DNA of 63,421 bases, counting the filler, from Licmophora abbreviata (Eukaryota), in the NCBI GenBank assembly GCA_900291995.1. It is 8 parts of 8 records of this genome, joined end to end, with 100 filler letters (N's around TTAATTAATTAA, not from the genome) between each part and the next. Parts side by side here need not be neighbours in the genome. Positions count along the whole stretch, not along the records: positions 3,864 to 11,432 come from OLMU01001941.1; positions 11,533 to 27,517 come from OLMU01001942.1; 6 more parts are not named here. One strand, written 5' to 3'. A model generated the notes under the pieces. The model saw nothing but the letters and a program-made list of their open reading frames with translations, was not told the DNA's origin and made no database searches. Below, in pieces: positions 9,983-24,231 of this stretch. Position 1 is the first letter of the stretch; the number at the start of each line of letters is the position of its first letter. The position numbers and the translations under genes were made by a program.

Positions 9983-12276
9983 TTATTTGCTGATAGCATC
10001 AAGCTGGTTCTGCATGATATCAGCCAGCGACTTCAAGAACAGAGCGGCATCAGCACCGTAAATCTGACGGTGATCACATGTGAGCGTTACCGTCATCTTC
10101 TTGACCTTTTTCATTCCCAAGACCGACTGCCTGTCCGGCACAATGACCTCCTGTGTTCCTCCTATCGCCAGGATACCGCCCATGCCGGAGGGTAGGATGG
10201 CATCGAATTGAGTGACGCCAAACATGCCAAGGTTGGAGATGGTGAATGTTCCCGTGGTGTACTCATCTGGAGACAGCGATCCGGTCTTTGCCTTGCCTAC
10301 AAGCTCCTTCCAGTTCTCTCCAAGTTCAATGATACTTCTCTCATTGGCGTACTTGAGTGTAGGTGTGATCAAACCACCATCAATGGCGACAGCCATCGCA
10401 ATATTGATGTCCTTGTTGTATTTGGTGGCTCCGCCGCCTTCTGTGAGGTACCCACTGTTGATAATGGGGTGCTTCTCAATGGCGAGGGCGACCGCCTTGG
10501 CAAGCATTGCAGAAACGGTGACACCCTTTGGTTTCAGAGCTTGGTACAGGTCGTCGAACTTGTCCATTTCTATCTCCCGACTCACACGGAAGATGGGAGT
10601 AGTGAGAGTGGCCTCCATGTTGTTGCTGACGGCCTTCTGCATACCAGTGAACGGAACCACGCCTTCAGGCATTTCAACAACGGGAGAACCGGTTTCGGCG
10701 CGCTTCCGTTCCGGCTTCTTTTCGCCGGTTGCGATCTTGACGTCATCAGCAGTAACGCGTCCAAACTGTCCAGTTCCTACAATGGTTGCAAGGTCGAGCT
10801 TGGCCTTCTTGGCAAGTGCTCGAGCCATGGGTGTGGCAGGGATCACTCCCGAGGCGGGCGTCCACGAGGGTTTGGCAGGGGCAGCCATCTTGACAGGAGC
10901 ATTGCCCGACGCTGCTCCTTCAACATCCGACGCAGTGACGCGTCCCCCGGGTCCAGTTCCAGCAATTGTGCTAATATCGATTCCAAGTTCTTCCGCCTTT
11001 TTCTTGGCCAAGGGCGAGGCGACGACGCGATCGCCAGTAGCGCCCTGTGGTACAGCAGCCTTGGGGGCTGCAGCCTTGGGAGCCGCTGGGGCTGCCGCAC
11101 CAGAAGGAGCAGCAGCGGTGGTGGGAGGAGGCGCACCAGAGAGTGTGGCAGCGTAGGCCTGGAGCGCTGGGATGTCAGCTTCATTCTCGGCAATCAAAGC
11201 GACGGGGGCTCCGACAGCACCAGTTTCTCCCTCGTCCGTGACAATGGCTGCAAGGAAGCCGTCTTCAAAGGCCTCGACGTCCATATCAGCCTTATCACTC
11301 TCGACAACCATGATGGCCTCGCCTGCAGAGATGGGATCGCCTTCAGCCTTGAGCCAGGACACGACCTTACCTTCCTTCATGGTTGAAGACAGAGCAGGCA
11401 TGTCGATCTGGCTAAAATCACACTCCGGGGCANNNNNNNNNNNNNNNNNNNNNNNNNNNNNNNNNNNNNNNNNNNNTTAATTAATTAANNNNNNNNNNNN
11501 NNNNNNNNNNNNNNNNNNNNNNNNNNNNNNNNAACAGCGGCAATGTCAGCCTCGTTGGAAACAAGAATCCCCACAGGCGCGCCCACAGCGGCAGTTTCGC
11601 CTTCGTCTTTGAATATGGCAGCGAGATAGCCATCTTCGAAAGCCTCGACGTCCATGTCTGCCTTGTCACTCTCCACGACCATGAGCGCTTCACCAGACTC
11701 GACGAAATCTCCAACACTCTTAAGCCAGGACACAACTTTCCCCTCCGTCATGGTGGACGACAGTGCAGGCATGAAAATCTCGGTCTGATCGATATAGCTG
11801 GACTCACCTGCGGGTGCTGCAGGCTCCGCGGCAGCAGCTTCAGCCGGGGCAGCAGCGGATCCTCCACCACTGTAGGATGCAACGACGTCATCGATCTCCC
11901 CTTCCATGGCAGCCACGAGAGCCACAACTTCACCGACAGGGGCCGATTCGCCCTCTTCTGTTAGAATTTTGGCAATGTATCCATCCTCAAACGCCTCGAC
12001 GTCCATATCAGCCTTGTCACTCTCGACGACCATGATGGCCTCGCCTGCTTCAATCGCGTCACCTTCCGACTTGAGCCAGGACACCACACGTCCCTCCTTC
12101 ATGGTCGAAGACAGGGCAGGCATGGTGATCTTGATGGCCTCAGCATTCAATGCCGTCGAAGAGTGAGTCTTGAACGGTGATGCCGTAAAGCCAACTCCGG
12201 CAAACCCCTGAGCTGGGGAGGAGGCAAGGACGGCAAAGCATGCCGATGCGGCAACGAAACGAACGCTGCCGACCAT
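9983..12276 (-). CDS. pdhC: Plastid pyruvate dehydrogenase E2 (dihydrolipoamide acetyltransferase), spanning a linker
   Basis: Signal peptide ending AQG|FA; three lipoyl domains (ESDKA); two E3-binding repeats (ASPLAKK, ATPMARA); catalytic DHRQIYGA of cyanobacterial/plastid type. Confidence 0.93.
11433..11532. other. Artificial linker inside the PDH E2 gene
   Basis: N44-TTAATTAATTAA-N44. Confidence 0.99.
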
Positions 12277-12651
12277 TGTTCTTTCGCTGAGATGTACGCA
12301 ATTAGAGGAAGAGTGCCTGAAAATGACAACAATAGCGATGTCACGATGGTGGGACGCCACAACAACACAAGAGATGTGAGGTCGCCATCAAACGCGTACG
12401 TGTTCTCGGAAGAGTAACCCGGTGAACGTGTACTTCTAAGCACTTCGGTCTTCTAAAACCTTATTTTCCTACTAATTCCAAGATGTTTAGACACGCTGGA
12501 GTTTGGGGTTTGGCGGGAAATTGACGCGATGACGTACTATTCCCAATTTCAAATTTCTAGCTTGACGACGACATTGCCCGTTGCTGTTTGCTCGAAAGAT
12601 TGACTGGCTTGACACAGTACCTTCTGATCAACAACGAGAAAGACAAAGATC

Positions 12652-13385
12652 ATGAAGCTCTCATTGATTGTCCTTTCTCTCGCCTCGATAGGAGCATCCG
12701 CCTTTGTGGCACCCCGCGCGTTGCATCGCTCCCCTGTGTTGAAATCGACGGCCGAAGCCGAGGAGGTTGCGACTGGCATGGGTGCCGAGGCTATTTCCGG
12801 CTTGACGTCCGATATCAAGACGGTATTTACGACCGAGGAAATCGACGCCATTCTCCCACATCGATACCCCTTTGCTCTGGTGGATAAGGTGGTTGAGTAC
12901 GAAGCCGGCAAGGTACGCGTCTTCTCGTATTGTGTGATGTGCTTGCTATACGACGCAAGGCGATAGCTGCTTCGAACGTCATTGGCAAAGCGAGGCGCGT
13001 TTTCTCAATGTCTTCTTTCGTCTTGGTTGTCTAACAGCGTGCTGTGGGAATCAAGACCGTGACGAAGAATGAGCCCCATTTCAATGGTCATTTTCCGGAG
13101 CGACCCATCATGCCTGGAGTTCTGCAAGTAGAAGCCCTTGCGCAGCTTGCGGGTATTGTCTGCCTTCAAATGGAGGGTGCCGAGCCTGGTGCGGTCTTCT
13201 TCTTTGCCGGTGTTGACGGTGTCAAGTGGAAGAAACCTGTTGTTCCTGGTGATGTTCTTGTCATGGAAGTAGAAATCAAGGCATGGAAGGCCAAGTTTGG
13301 TATTGCCAAAGCCACTGGACGCGCGTATGTTGACGGGCAGGTCGCGGTGGAACTCAAGGAAATGACGTTTGCGCTCGCCAAGTAA
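12652..13385 (+). CDS. fabZ: Plastid beta-hydroxyacyl-ACP dehydratase (exons 12652-12912, 13038-13385)
   Basis: ASA|FVAP presequence; [31 protein letters not shown]...CTAACAG intron 12913-13037. Confidence 0.95.
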
Positions 13386-13667
13386 ACAATGGCTTCAATA
13401 GGACATCATACTAAAGAATTGTTACCCTATCGATGAGTGGTGCTCGTATGGAAGACTCAAGTAAGTTTTCTACATCCCATCTTAACGTCTCGATTAGAGC
13501 AACTCAGACAGGTTCGACCTGGACGCGTTGAACGAGTTTGTTCGACCATAGATCTCGAAACATGCACGAACTACAGTACCATGACACTAAGATAACATCG
13601 TGTACGAATCAAGTGTTACGATCATCTATCCCGACCCATTCAACTACTACGGTACAGGAACGCACAT

Positions 13668-15564
<1,897 letters not shown>

Positions 15565-15908
15565 GGTGAACAGTTTCAAAAGTGCGTCCTTCCAAAGAAA
15601 ATCCAAGGTGATCGACGACTTCGGGCCACCCAAATCTAAGTGGTCTGTCCAATGTCCGAGCTTCAAAGCGCCTTCGGACCGTACACGTGGAGGCATCATG
15701 TCTTGCTCTCCACTACTGAAACGAAGAGCTCCTGATTCCAAGTCTGACATCGCGCTATTTTCATGGATTCCTCTCATGACAGAGCTCGCGCCTTTCAGAG
15801 CCCACGAAAGCCGCGTGCCGAGAGAGCACGATGAAAGTTTGGGCACATCAATCACAATCAATGGGATTGTCTGTGTAAATATTCACACTGCCTTCCATCT
15901 CTGTCACA

Positions 15909-17906
15909 ATGGAGCGTGTCGAAGACATAATGGATGGAGATCTTGACAGCGGAGACGAAATCGCTCCTCCTCCGGTCCCATCACGTCGTTCTAATAGCAA
16001 GCCATCACCGCAGATCTCGCGGGCACAGCGCTCCGAATTGCATTCGTGCATTGTCAAACTGACCGTTCAGTCTGTCAGTCCAGACTATACGGAACCGTGG
16101 CGTACTCATGCACAGACATCGCGAGCTGGGACCGGCTTCTTGGTTGAGGGGCGTCGGGTCGTGACCAATGCTCATGTAGTGCACCGCGCAAGTCATGTTC
16201 GTGCAAGAAAGAGCAGTAGTCCTGTCATGTTCTCGTGCTCGGTGAGTACGATTTCCCTTGTTAATTGGAGGCGTATTGACGCCTCGTTACTCCCTTTGAG
16301 CCTTCTCATGTAGTTCCCCCGATCGTTTGCAGGTAGACTGGATCTCGATACCTCTCGATCTCGCCGTCTTGACCGTCAATCCTGAAGGCGAGCGTGCCTT
16401 TTTCGAAAGCGGGAATTGCAAGAATGGCGAAGGCGCCGGCAAGGAGTATTTGCAGCTCCGTCCCATTCTGCCGCGCCTGGATGAGAATGTGACATGCGTT
16501 GGATTTCCGACTGGCGGTTCGCAGATCTCGGTGACTCGTGGAGTCGTGTCGCGGGTGGATGTTAGCGGAACGGGGACACTTCGCATTCAGATTGACGCTG
16601 CCATCAATCCGGTGAGTCGCTTCTGAACTCGTCTGACGTGCTGGTCTGTTGCGAGGATGGGATGAGGGTATCCTACTAATATCGAACTCTTTTACTCGTC
16701 GTTTCACTCGCTTTGCAACAGGGAAACTCAGGCGGACCCGTGTTCGACGAGTCGGGACATGTTGTTGGCATTGCCTCGTCGCACCTCAAGGGAGGTTCCA
16801 ACATCGGATACATTATCCCGGTCTCCGTCCTGTCACGTTTTCTTTGCATGTGCGACGACGGAATCGAGGCAAGCCCGCTTGAGCGAAGTGCCCTGAACGC
16901 TGGACTCTCCTCTGAAATGTCGAATTCGTCCCTGGTAGGTTTTGAAGGACCCAAGATGGTGCCGGGCATAGTTTCGAGCGGTGTGTTCACCCAGACGCTG
17001 GAGAGCAAGGTTCTTCGACGCCGGCTTGGACTTGATGAAGCGCACGATAGGCTCGGCTGTGGCGTCCGCATAGCTGGAATCTGGTTGCCATCCGCGCAGA
17101 GTGACGGAAATGGAGAGCGAAACGCAACGACGAACGATACGAGCAGGGAGGTTCCTTTTCAAGTCGACGATGTCCTCATGACAATCGACGGAGTCAACGT
17201 AGGCCAAGATGGGACCGTGCCACTCTCTGACACTCGTTCCGATGAACGAATTAGCATGTTCTATCTTCCAACTAGAAATTGTCCGGGTGAAGAGCTGGAA
17301 CATGGTATCCTTCGCAACGGCCAGCCAATGACGGTGCGCCAGACGCTCATCCCGCGGCGCTACTTATGCCCCATGCACGACAGCTTTGACGCGCACGCTA
17401 GCTACGTGGTCTGTGGTGGATGCGTCTTTGTACCGCTTTCTTGGCCCTGGATTATTTCACACAAAGGTATTTCTAGGGGATTCCCTTCATTTCGGTCCAT
17501 GTCAAATAAACCAGCACGGGCCGACGAGCAAATCATTGTCCTCTCCAAGGTTCTAGCTGATGACCTGAACGTCGGCTATCACTCGAAGAGGTGGCTAGTG
17601 CTCAAAACTGTAAACGGCAGCAAACCTTCTAACATTCGCGAAGTGGTCAAGCTAATCGTGCAATGCGGAAGTCAGCCTTACCTTGAGTTTCGCCTCCACC
17701 CTATGGGGTCTGAAGATTTCAACGAGCAGCTCATCGTTCTCGATACGGAAGAATGCAGAAAGGCTGAGAGTCGCATATTGAAGCAACATATGATTGCTTC
17801 TTGGTGCTCCGACGACGCCATCCCGATTAATATGAAAGGACCTGACGATGTGGCCAAGACGATGGTTTCATTGCTGGATCTCCTCGCGGGTGCATCGTCG
17901 AGCTGA
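15909..17906 (+). CDS. Deg/HtrA-family serine protease with PDZ domains (exons 15909-16241, 16333-16611, 16722-17906)
   Basis: Catalytic triad TNAHVV / DLAVL / AAINP-GNSGGP restored by two GTGAGT...CAG introns; resembles plant Deg2/9/10. Confidence 0.92.
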
Positions 17907-18326
17907 GAGGTGAGACCGGCCCCCAGTGGCAATTGCGGAAATTCAGACGAAGTCATCTTATAAGTAGTAGACGCTCTTTAGATAACTATCACTAAAGGTT
18001 GTCGTCCAAAGGGGGCCACGTTATTCTTTAGCGCAAGAAACTAACATACTCGTAGTGGGGGGAAGGCGTAGAAGCCCAGTAGCGGTGCTGAGCGACGGTC
18101 GGACCGCATCACTTTTTTCATTGTTTGCGTCGTGAAACTCTTTCGTCTTTAGCATCACACTTTTTCATCACGTTGTGATGACACAGCGTTATAATAGTCA
18201 GGGAAAGGCGGTCGTGTGTTTGTAGCTTAGATGCTGGTCTTCAGATGACTTGTCTTGGAGTACTTTCTACCTTTTCGGTGGCGAGATTCGGGCAGACTAG
18301 AACCAAGAAGTGAATCAGAATTCAGA

Positions 18327-19703
18327 ATGGTAGATCCTTCCGAGTGGGCATCGCGACCGTCGGCGGTCGCGCCTCTGCTGATGCACGATCGATCTATTGG
18401 AAGAATTTCTTCTCGTTCCTTCAGGAGCGGTATAATGTCCCAGAGATCTGCGTTGTCCCTATCCGAAGACTCACACGTGGCGTCGGCACACCAGCTTTCG
18501 ATTGAAAGCCTTCAAGTGGATCGAAACGAGAACCGATTTCTTCTAGCCGGATCCCGGGATGCCACGGTGAGCATATACGACCTTTCGAAATGGGGAACAG
18601 AGTATCACTTGCAAGGCAAGGCAATAGGTAGTGGGAACCGAACTTCATGCTCGGTTTATCCGGCCATTGCTCACTCGCTGCCGCGATCTTCCGATCCAGT
18701 CGTTGATGCACAATGGTATGCGTCTGATACGGGAGCATTCGTGACAGCGTCCGCGCAGGGATCACTGTCGGTGTGGGACACCGATGCCATGAAATCTGTT
18801 GCCGACTATCAATCACTGTTATCTTGCTACTGTATGCACCTGTCTCCACTTACGGGTAGGTCGCAGAATATTGCGGCAGTAGGTGCGAAATTTGGATCGA
18901 CGACCGGGGTCAAGCTTGTGGACTTGCAGTCGGGGGCGGCCTCACATTCATTGGTGGGACATCAGGGTGGAGTGACCGCAGTGCAGTGGTCTCCCGTCTC
19001 GGACGTCGTCTTGGCAAGTGGCTCCATAGATGGAACTATTCGGCTATGGGACATTCGCAAGTCAGGGAGTCGATCATGTTTGTGCGTCTTGGATCGTGAC
19101 ACAGCCCTCGCCCCATCACGGCGTCCTTTCAGGGCACACTATGCTCATCTGGCTCCTCGACGGAATCACTTTGCGGCCGTCGCTTCTCCCAACGACTTTC
19201 GTCGCAGCGAGTCCAACGCAGTTGTGTCTCATGGAGGAGCCGTCACTGGTCTTAGCTTTGCAACGAATGGATGGACGCTCGTCAGCACGGGAACCGACGG
19301 CAAGCTACAGGTGTGGGACCTGCGAGGCAGCGGTCATTTGGTTCCCATTGCATTTCTGTGTCGCGGTTCCATTCTAAATGTCAGCCGCTTGAATCAGCGA
19401 GTTCCCTTGGTTGTCAAACAGTATGGGGCTGAACCGGTTGTTTGGGTCGGGATGGGCTCACGAATTCTAGGCTATTCCTTACATCGAGGCGGTGCACCGA
19501 GCCAGGTGCTGGAAGGACACATGCTGTCAATCAGCGCGATTGATAGCATTGATAGCTCCATGCAGCTTGTCTCGGGTGCGAACGATGGAATGATTCTGTC
19601 CTGGGACTCTACGCGACCAGTGACGCGAGAGAGCCCCGATGATAGAAAATTACGACGGAAACGACCTCGGGAAGTTCCGCAGGTCGACCAGGACTCATGG
19701 TAA
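18327..19703 (+). CDS. ERCC8: WD40 protein, CSA/ERCC8-like
   Basis: QWYASDTGAFVTAS, LVDLQSGAASHSLVGH, VQWSP, DGTIRLWDIRK; acidic-Trp C-terminus (DQDSW). Confidence 0.8.
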   Translation: MVDPSEWASRPSAVAPLLMHDRSIGRISSRSFRSGIMSQRSALSLSEDSHVASAHQLSIESLQVDRNENRFLLAGSRDATVSIYDLSKWGTEYHLQGKAIGSGNRTSCSVYPAIAHSLPRSSDPVVDAQWYASDTGAFVTASAQGSLSVWDTDAMKSVADYQSLLSCYCMHLSPLTGRSQNIAAVGAKFGSTTGVKLVDLQSGAASHSLVGHQGGVTAVQWSPVSDVVLASGSIDGTIRLWDIRKSGSRSCLCVLDRDTALAPSRRPFRAHYAHLAPRRNHFAAVASPNDFRRSESNAVVSHGGAVTGLSFATNGWTLVSTGTDGKLQVWDLRGSGHLVPIAFLCRGSILNVSRLNQRVPLVVKQYGAEPVVWVGMGSRILGYSLHRGGAPSQVLEGHMLSISAIDSIDSSMQLVSGANDGMILSWDSTRPVTRESPDDRKLRRKRPREVPQVDQDSW

Positions 19704-19759
19704 ACCGACGGGCTGTTCTAAAAGCAATATATTATTTTAAAAATAAAGGAAGATAGATA

Positions 19760-21013
19760 TTACACGCCGTGACTGTCGACTTGCTCCTGACAAAATGCAA
19801 ATAGCGCGTGCAGATTGAGTAAAATTGCTCCAGCAGGCCACAAATTCGCCACGGGTACTCCAGCGCGAATACATAGCGCAACGGCGTTGTTCTGTAGAAG
19901 CTGAAGTCCAATGGCAAAGCTGTCGTCGTTCATGTGATTGTGAGATAGTTCGTAATGCGACGAAGACGACGAATGATCTTCAGCCAGAACAGCCGCCATG
20001 GCATGTTTGAGTCGTTGGGACACACGCGAAGCCTCCATCGAAGGGGGGATAACTGCGTGCGCTGCACTCTTGAGAGCTTGTTGACCTGCCGCCCGTTTTA
20101 GTGCTTCTTTGGCAGATCGACCAAAAGCCGAGGTCGCGTCCATGAGAGACGAGAGTGAAGTCGTCGATGAAGCCATCGACTGCTTCTTGCGCTCGGTCGT
20201 GACTGTTCCCTGATCACTCTGCTGTGAAGCAGTATGCTCTCTGGATGCATCCACAATATCATCATTTGGGCCATTTGGCTGTAGAAGAATAGGGTGAGGC
20301 AGAACTATACCGAGACACCGGGCAACAGTGCTAATCAATGATGCCACCAATCTCAAGCCCGACTGAAGTTCATGGGGTGGCAGTACGCCGTACAATTCTG
20401 GGCCTGCATGCGGCAGAGGCAAGCCTCCAATCTTCCCAATCCCCCTTGCAATCCGATGTCCCGTTCGTGTTGCTTGTCGATCATCTTCAAGAAGCGGATC
20501 ATCGACGTCCAACCGATGCATGCGAAATACGGTTAGGGCCCAGCGCAACCTCAAGATCTTAACTTGTGTAGTGGACGACGCCAATGCCTGCATCAGCGCG
20601 CCGCTTTCGGTATCACATAGCGCTTCATTAAGACGATTGAGTTGTTCTCGTGGGAGCTCCGTATCTTCTTGCTGGGCCCGCCTCTCGTCATTTTCTACGA
20701 CACGCGACGTCACCTGTACGGCCACCGAGCCGCACTCGTGCCGCAAGGAAGCCAGCCGTTCTCGTAATCTCTGCGACTCGAACTCCAGCTCCGATATGCT
20801 GTGGTCTCTTTGCATCGATCTCAGTTGTTGTGCACACACTCTTTTGGCCTCATCGCGCTTTTTCAGAACTCGATCGTGTTGCATCAAACTCTTTTGAAGG
20901 TAGCTGCTCACGCAAACAGGGCAGTAAACGTGAGCATCCGATTCTCGACGGTGAGAAGACACCACGCCATGGCATGGGCATTTTAGCGTAGAGGATGAGA
21001 CTGGGGTGCTCAT
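19760..21013 (-). CDS. ATG14/UVRAG(Vps38)-family PI3K complex subunit
   Basis: N-terminal Cys pairs (CPC...CPVC), coiled coil, IGGLPLP...GLRLVASL...LGIVLPHPI, FAIGLQLLQNN. Confidence 0.7.
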   Translation of the reverse strand: MSTPVSSSTLKCPCHGVVSSHRRESDAHVYCPVCVSSYLQKSLMQHDRVLKKRDEAKRVCAQQLRSMQRDHSISELEFESQRLRERLASLRHECGSVAVQVTSRVVENDERRAQQEDTELPREQLNRLNEALCDTESGALMQALASSTTQVKILRLRWALTVFRMHRLDVDDPLLEDDRQATRTGHRIARGIGKIGGLPLPHAGPELYGVLPPHELQSGLRLVASLISTVARCLGIVLPHPILLQPNGPNDDIVDASREHTASQQSDQGTVTTERKKQSMASSTTSLSSLMDATSAFGRSAKEALKRAAGQQALKSAAHAVIPPSMEASRVSQRLKHAMAAVLAEDHSSSSSHYELSHNHMNDDSFAIGLQLLQNNAVALCIRAGVPVANLWPAGAILLNLHALFAFCQEQVDSHGV

Positions 21014-21387
21014 GGTATGGTAAAAAAGGGGAAAAGAGGATAGGAAAGCCGCAAACGTTCACCAGAACGACGGCATTTCCATCATTGTGATGTCCTCTGT
21101 TCCACGACAGAATTTTGGGGCGAGCTCCACGGTAAAATAGCTCGACACGAAAGAGGCCCATTCGTATGTAGAAACTTACTACTGATTCAAATGTATTGGG
21201 TCTTGCGTAGAATCCTACGTGACCGTTGCTGATTGGCGCGCCATCACTTTTTGCGGAAAAACATCAACGACGCTTTTCGGCTTTCGTGCATCTCACTCTT
21301 CTCGTACTCACTGAATGCTGGACGAAGGGTGACACAAGGAGACCATCAACACAATTGTAGACTTGCCATCCACTAATCGTAGCTGCA

Positions 21388-22707
21388 ATGGGATGGAAAA
21401 CAAAGAATCCCGGTGTGCCATCGGGCTTGACACAGACTTGGAGTTTCTGGCGCCACTGCTGCTGTCGATATGGATGGTACCCTCTCTTGCTGGCTCCCCT
21501 CATCACTGTTGCCGTGCTCTTTGATATATATGCTTTCTTTGGGTGCGAGTTCATCCATGTCGAGGTCGGATTTACGCCTTCCAATGCGTCGTGGAATCAG
21601 AGTTCCATGAACGTCGGTCTCTTTCAGTACGAAGATGTCTTGGGAGAGGTCGACGACAGCGGGAACGCCATTGGTGATTCGCTCTGGAAAGAATGCCGTC
21701 AGTACTCAACTGAATTTCAGGACCAATTCATCGATGGCGATCGCACCTGGACAGTTTCTCGGGTTATGGCTTACATTTCTGCCAGCGCTGGAATCGTCGG
21801 TGCAGTAAGTTAGTTGTTTCTATATGCGTATCTTGTGAGTTTGCTATGTCACGACGTCGACTCAACCAAGCTTCGTGTCGCGACCTCTCTCATCTCATAG
21901 GCTACCATTTGGCTCTTTGTCGTGACTCCTGTACCGGATTGCTTTTTTTGGCCCGCTGTTATGATGCCATCCCTCATGATTGCGTTTCTGGCTTCAGGGT
22001 CCAAGTTTCTCTTTTTTGACACGTCCATCTGTCGCAGCTCGCTCTGGTATCCCAGCGGCGAGGATTCGCTCCCCCGCGCTGCCGAATCCTGTGGACTGGG
22101 AAATACAGCATACTTTTCCGTTGCGGCGAGCGCATCGTTTCTAGTTTCGCTAATCATTACCTGTCTTAAGTCTCCAGAGCGGCGACTCCTGAAGCAAGAC
22201 TATGGCGCTCATCATGGTGCAGGATACGAAGATGCTGAGTATGCTGACGGTGGGTCGGAGCGCAGCTACGAGGATCGATCCGAGTTTGTTCTGAATGCAC
22301 AGCTGAGTGGCATGGATGCGGCAAACACATTCGACGAAGAAGCCGCTCCGCAGGTGAGCTTCGCCAACAGCTCTGTCGTCATGGGCATGTCCAAGGAATA
22401 CGATGACACACGCAGCGAACCAGACGAGTCAGTAACATCCATGTACCTTCAGGATGCCAGCAGTTCTGACACGACGTCGACTGGCGAGGGGCGAGGCACT
22501 GCCGGCTCAGGCCAGGTGGAGTCAGGCCTGGATGAGAGTCTTTACAATCCAAGGAAGTCGGGTTCAGGCAGTCCCTCCGAGATGAATCACAAGGAGTCTA
22601 CTGAGCGTCTTGCCAAAATGGAAGAGATTCAGCAGGCGACCGCTAGCGACTCAGACGAACTCATTGACAAGTGCGTGGCCGATTTGGAGAGACAGTTCAT
22701 GGAGTAA
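21388..22707 (+). CDS. Four-TM claudin-like membrane protein with acidic tail (exons 21388-21804, 21901-22707)
   Basis: TM1-CxF...VGLF..C loop, three further TM segments, IC...CGLG motif; GTAAGT...TAG intron. Confidence 0.65.
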
Positions 22708-23016
22708 ACCGAGTCGGCAACACAACAACGACCGCAAAGTCCTGTTTCGGTTCTTATTGAAAGCGGGGACTACAAACTAAATATTCTTATAACACGCGTT
22801 TCATGTCGTATCTCTATAGAAGTGTTGACATAAAATAGAATTGGCGAAGAGAGTGTCGCTTGGTACGGTAGGCACCCGGAAGTCTTCTCCAATAACGCCC
22901 GCCAGCCGCCGTTCAAATTCCCTTTCGCGGCGGTTACCTCACCTGCAGAGTTCCTACAATCATGAGGCGCTACAACACATCTGGGGCACACTTCCTCGCC
23001 CCTGACAACGAGCACC

Positions 23017-24045
23017 ATGCGTTCTCCTGTCCGCGAACAGAAGCACGGTCCCGATGGGATGCGTCCAGTTCTCTTTCCAGTGAGAGCGTTTGCTTCGGCC
23101 AACGGTGGCACCAACAACGTGGATCCGAACGGTTCAGAATCTGGCAATGTTGCGACGGTTCGCTGGACTGGTATGTCTCCCGTGCGACTTGTTGAGACGC
23201 TTGCGGCTACTGCCGAGAAGCGTGAGGCGGCGTCCGGTGTTGCAGCTCATCCCCTCCTTGTTGATGAGATCCCCCTCTCCACACCTGTGCGACTAGCACA
23301 CATCGGTGGAACGAAGCGCGACCGTTCGACGGACGAAGGACCCTTCGCGCCTCCGACCGATCAAGATGTGCCTCCTCTTCCACCGTGGGACCCCTCATTC
23401 CTCCTCTGCTACGACATCAACGCCCTTGCAACTGTTGAGCGTCTCCAGTCATTGGCCCGTACGCTGGAAGGTCTGCCCCATTTCGAAAAGGCGATACGTT
23501 CCTACCGTCGTGTCCGTGACCATCTCGCAAACACTTCTGGGTGGATTCACAATCATTGCAATCAGCCTTCCGCCGATGGAGCTAGCGAAAAGTCGCGCCT
23601 TCTCGCGATCCTTTACGATGAAACGGTTCAGAAGATGGAGGCCCTCATTGCAATGTTGTACAACCTTGCTCAAGTGGATTCCTGTGTCTCATCGACTGCC
23701 GTCGCTAGCAAGGCAACGGGCGATAGCAAAAAGAACTTCGCCGGGTACATGCAGCAGTGGCTCAAGGGCAACTGGACTAATCCGTACCCTGATGAAGAGG
23801 GCTTGCTCGAGATTGCCCGCGAGTGCGACACAACCACCACCGTGGTGAGCAATTGGCTCATCAACGCACGCACCCGCAAGTGGCGCCCCTCGATTATCAA
23901 GGCATACGAAATGCACCGTCCTGCCGATCTACTCCTGGAGGACTCAATCAACATCTTCGACGGCAAGCCGGTGCGCGAGGTTGAAGGATACGAGACACCA
24001 GTTCAGGCCCAGACACCGCCGCGCAAGCGTCGCAAGAAGAGCTGA
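23017..24045 (+). CDS. TALE-class (Homeobox_KN) homeodomain protein
   Basis: WLKGNWTNPYPD...VSNWLINARTRKW (PYP loop); C-terminal NLS RKRRKK. Confidence 0.85.
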   Translation: MRSPVREQKHGPDGMRPVLFPVRAFASANGGTNNVDPNGSESGNVATVRWTGMSPVRLVETLAATAEKREAASGVAAHPLLVDEIPLSTPVRLAHIGGTKRDRSTDEGPFAPPTDQDVPPLPPWDPSFLLCYDINALATVERLQSLARTLEGLPHFEKAIRSYRRVRDHLANTSGWIHNHCNQPSADGASEKSRLLAILYDETVQKMEALIAMLYNLAQVDSCVSSTAVASKATGDSKKNFAGYMQQWLKGNWTNPYPDEEGLLEIARECDTTTTVVSNWLINARTRKWRPSIIKAYEMHRPADLLLEDSINIFDGKPVREVEGYETPVQAQTPPRKRRKKS

Positions 24046-24231
24046 GCGTCAACCTTTCCTGAAGATAGTTCGCAGTCAGCAGACTATCGTTGTAGTCAAG
24101 TAGATCGCCCCCAATGACCGATGCAAAAGTAGTGAGCCAGGTGTTGCCACCGGCTTCATGTGTAGATCGTTCTAGTCTTTCTATTAATCTACTGAAGTAA
24201 ATTCGTCATTTCTCCTTTTGTCGCCTCAAAC

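Noticed and set aside
1..13385. An apparently complete FAS II biosynthetic cluster (fabD, fabG, acpP, fabF plus fabZ and PDH E2)
   Set aside because: The two halves come from different domains of life and are separated by an artificial linker; fabZ has an intron and a plastid presequence
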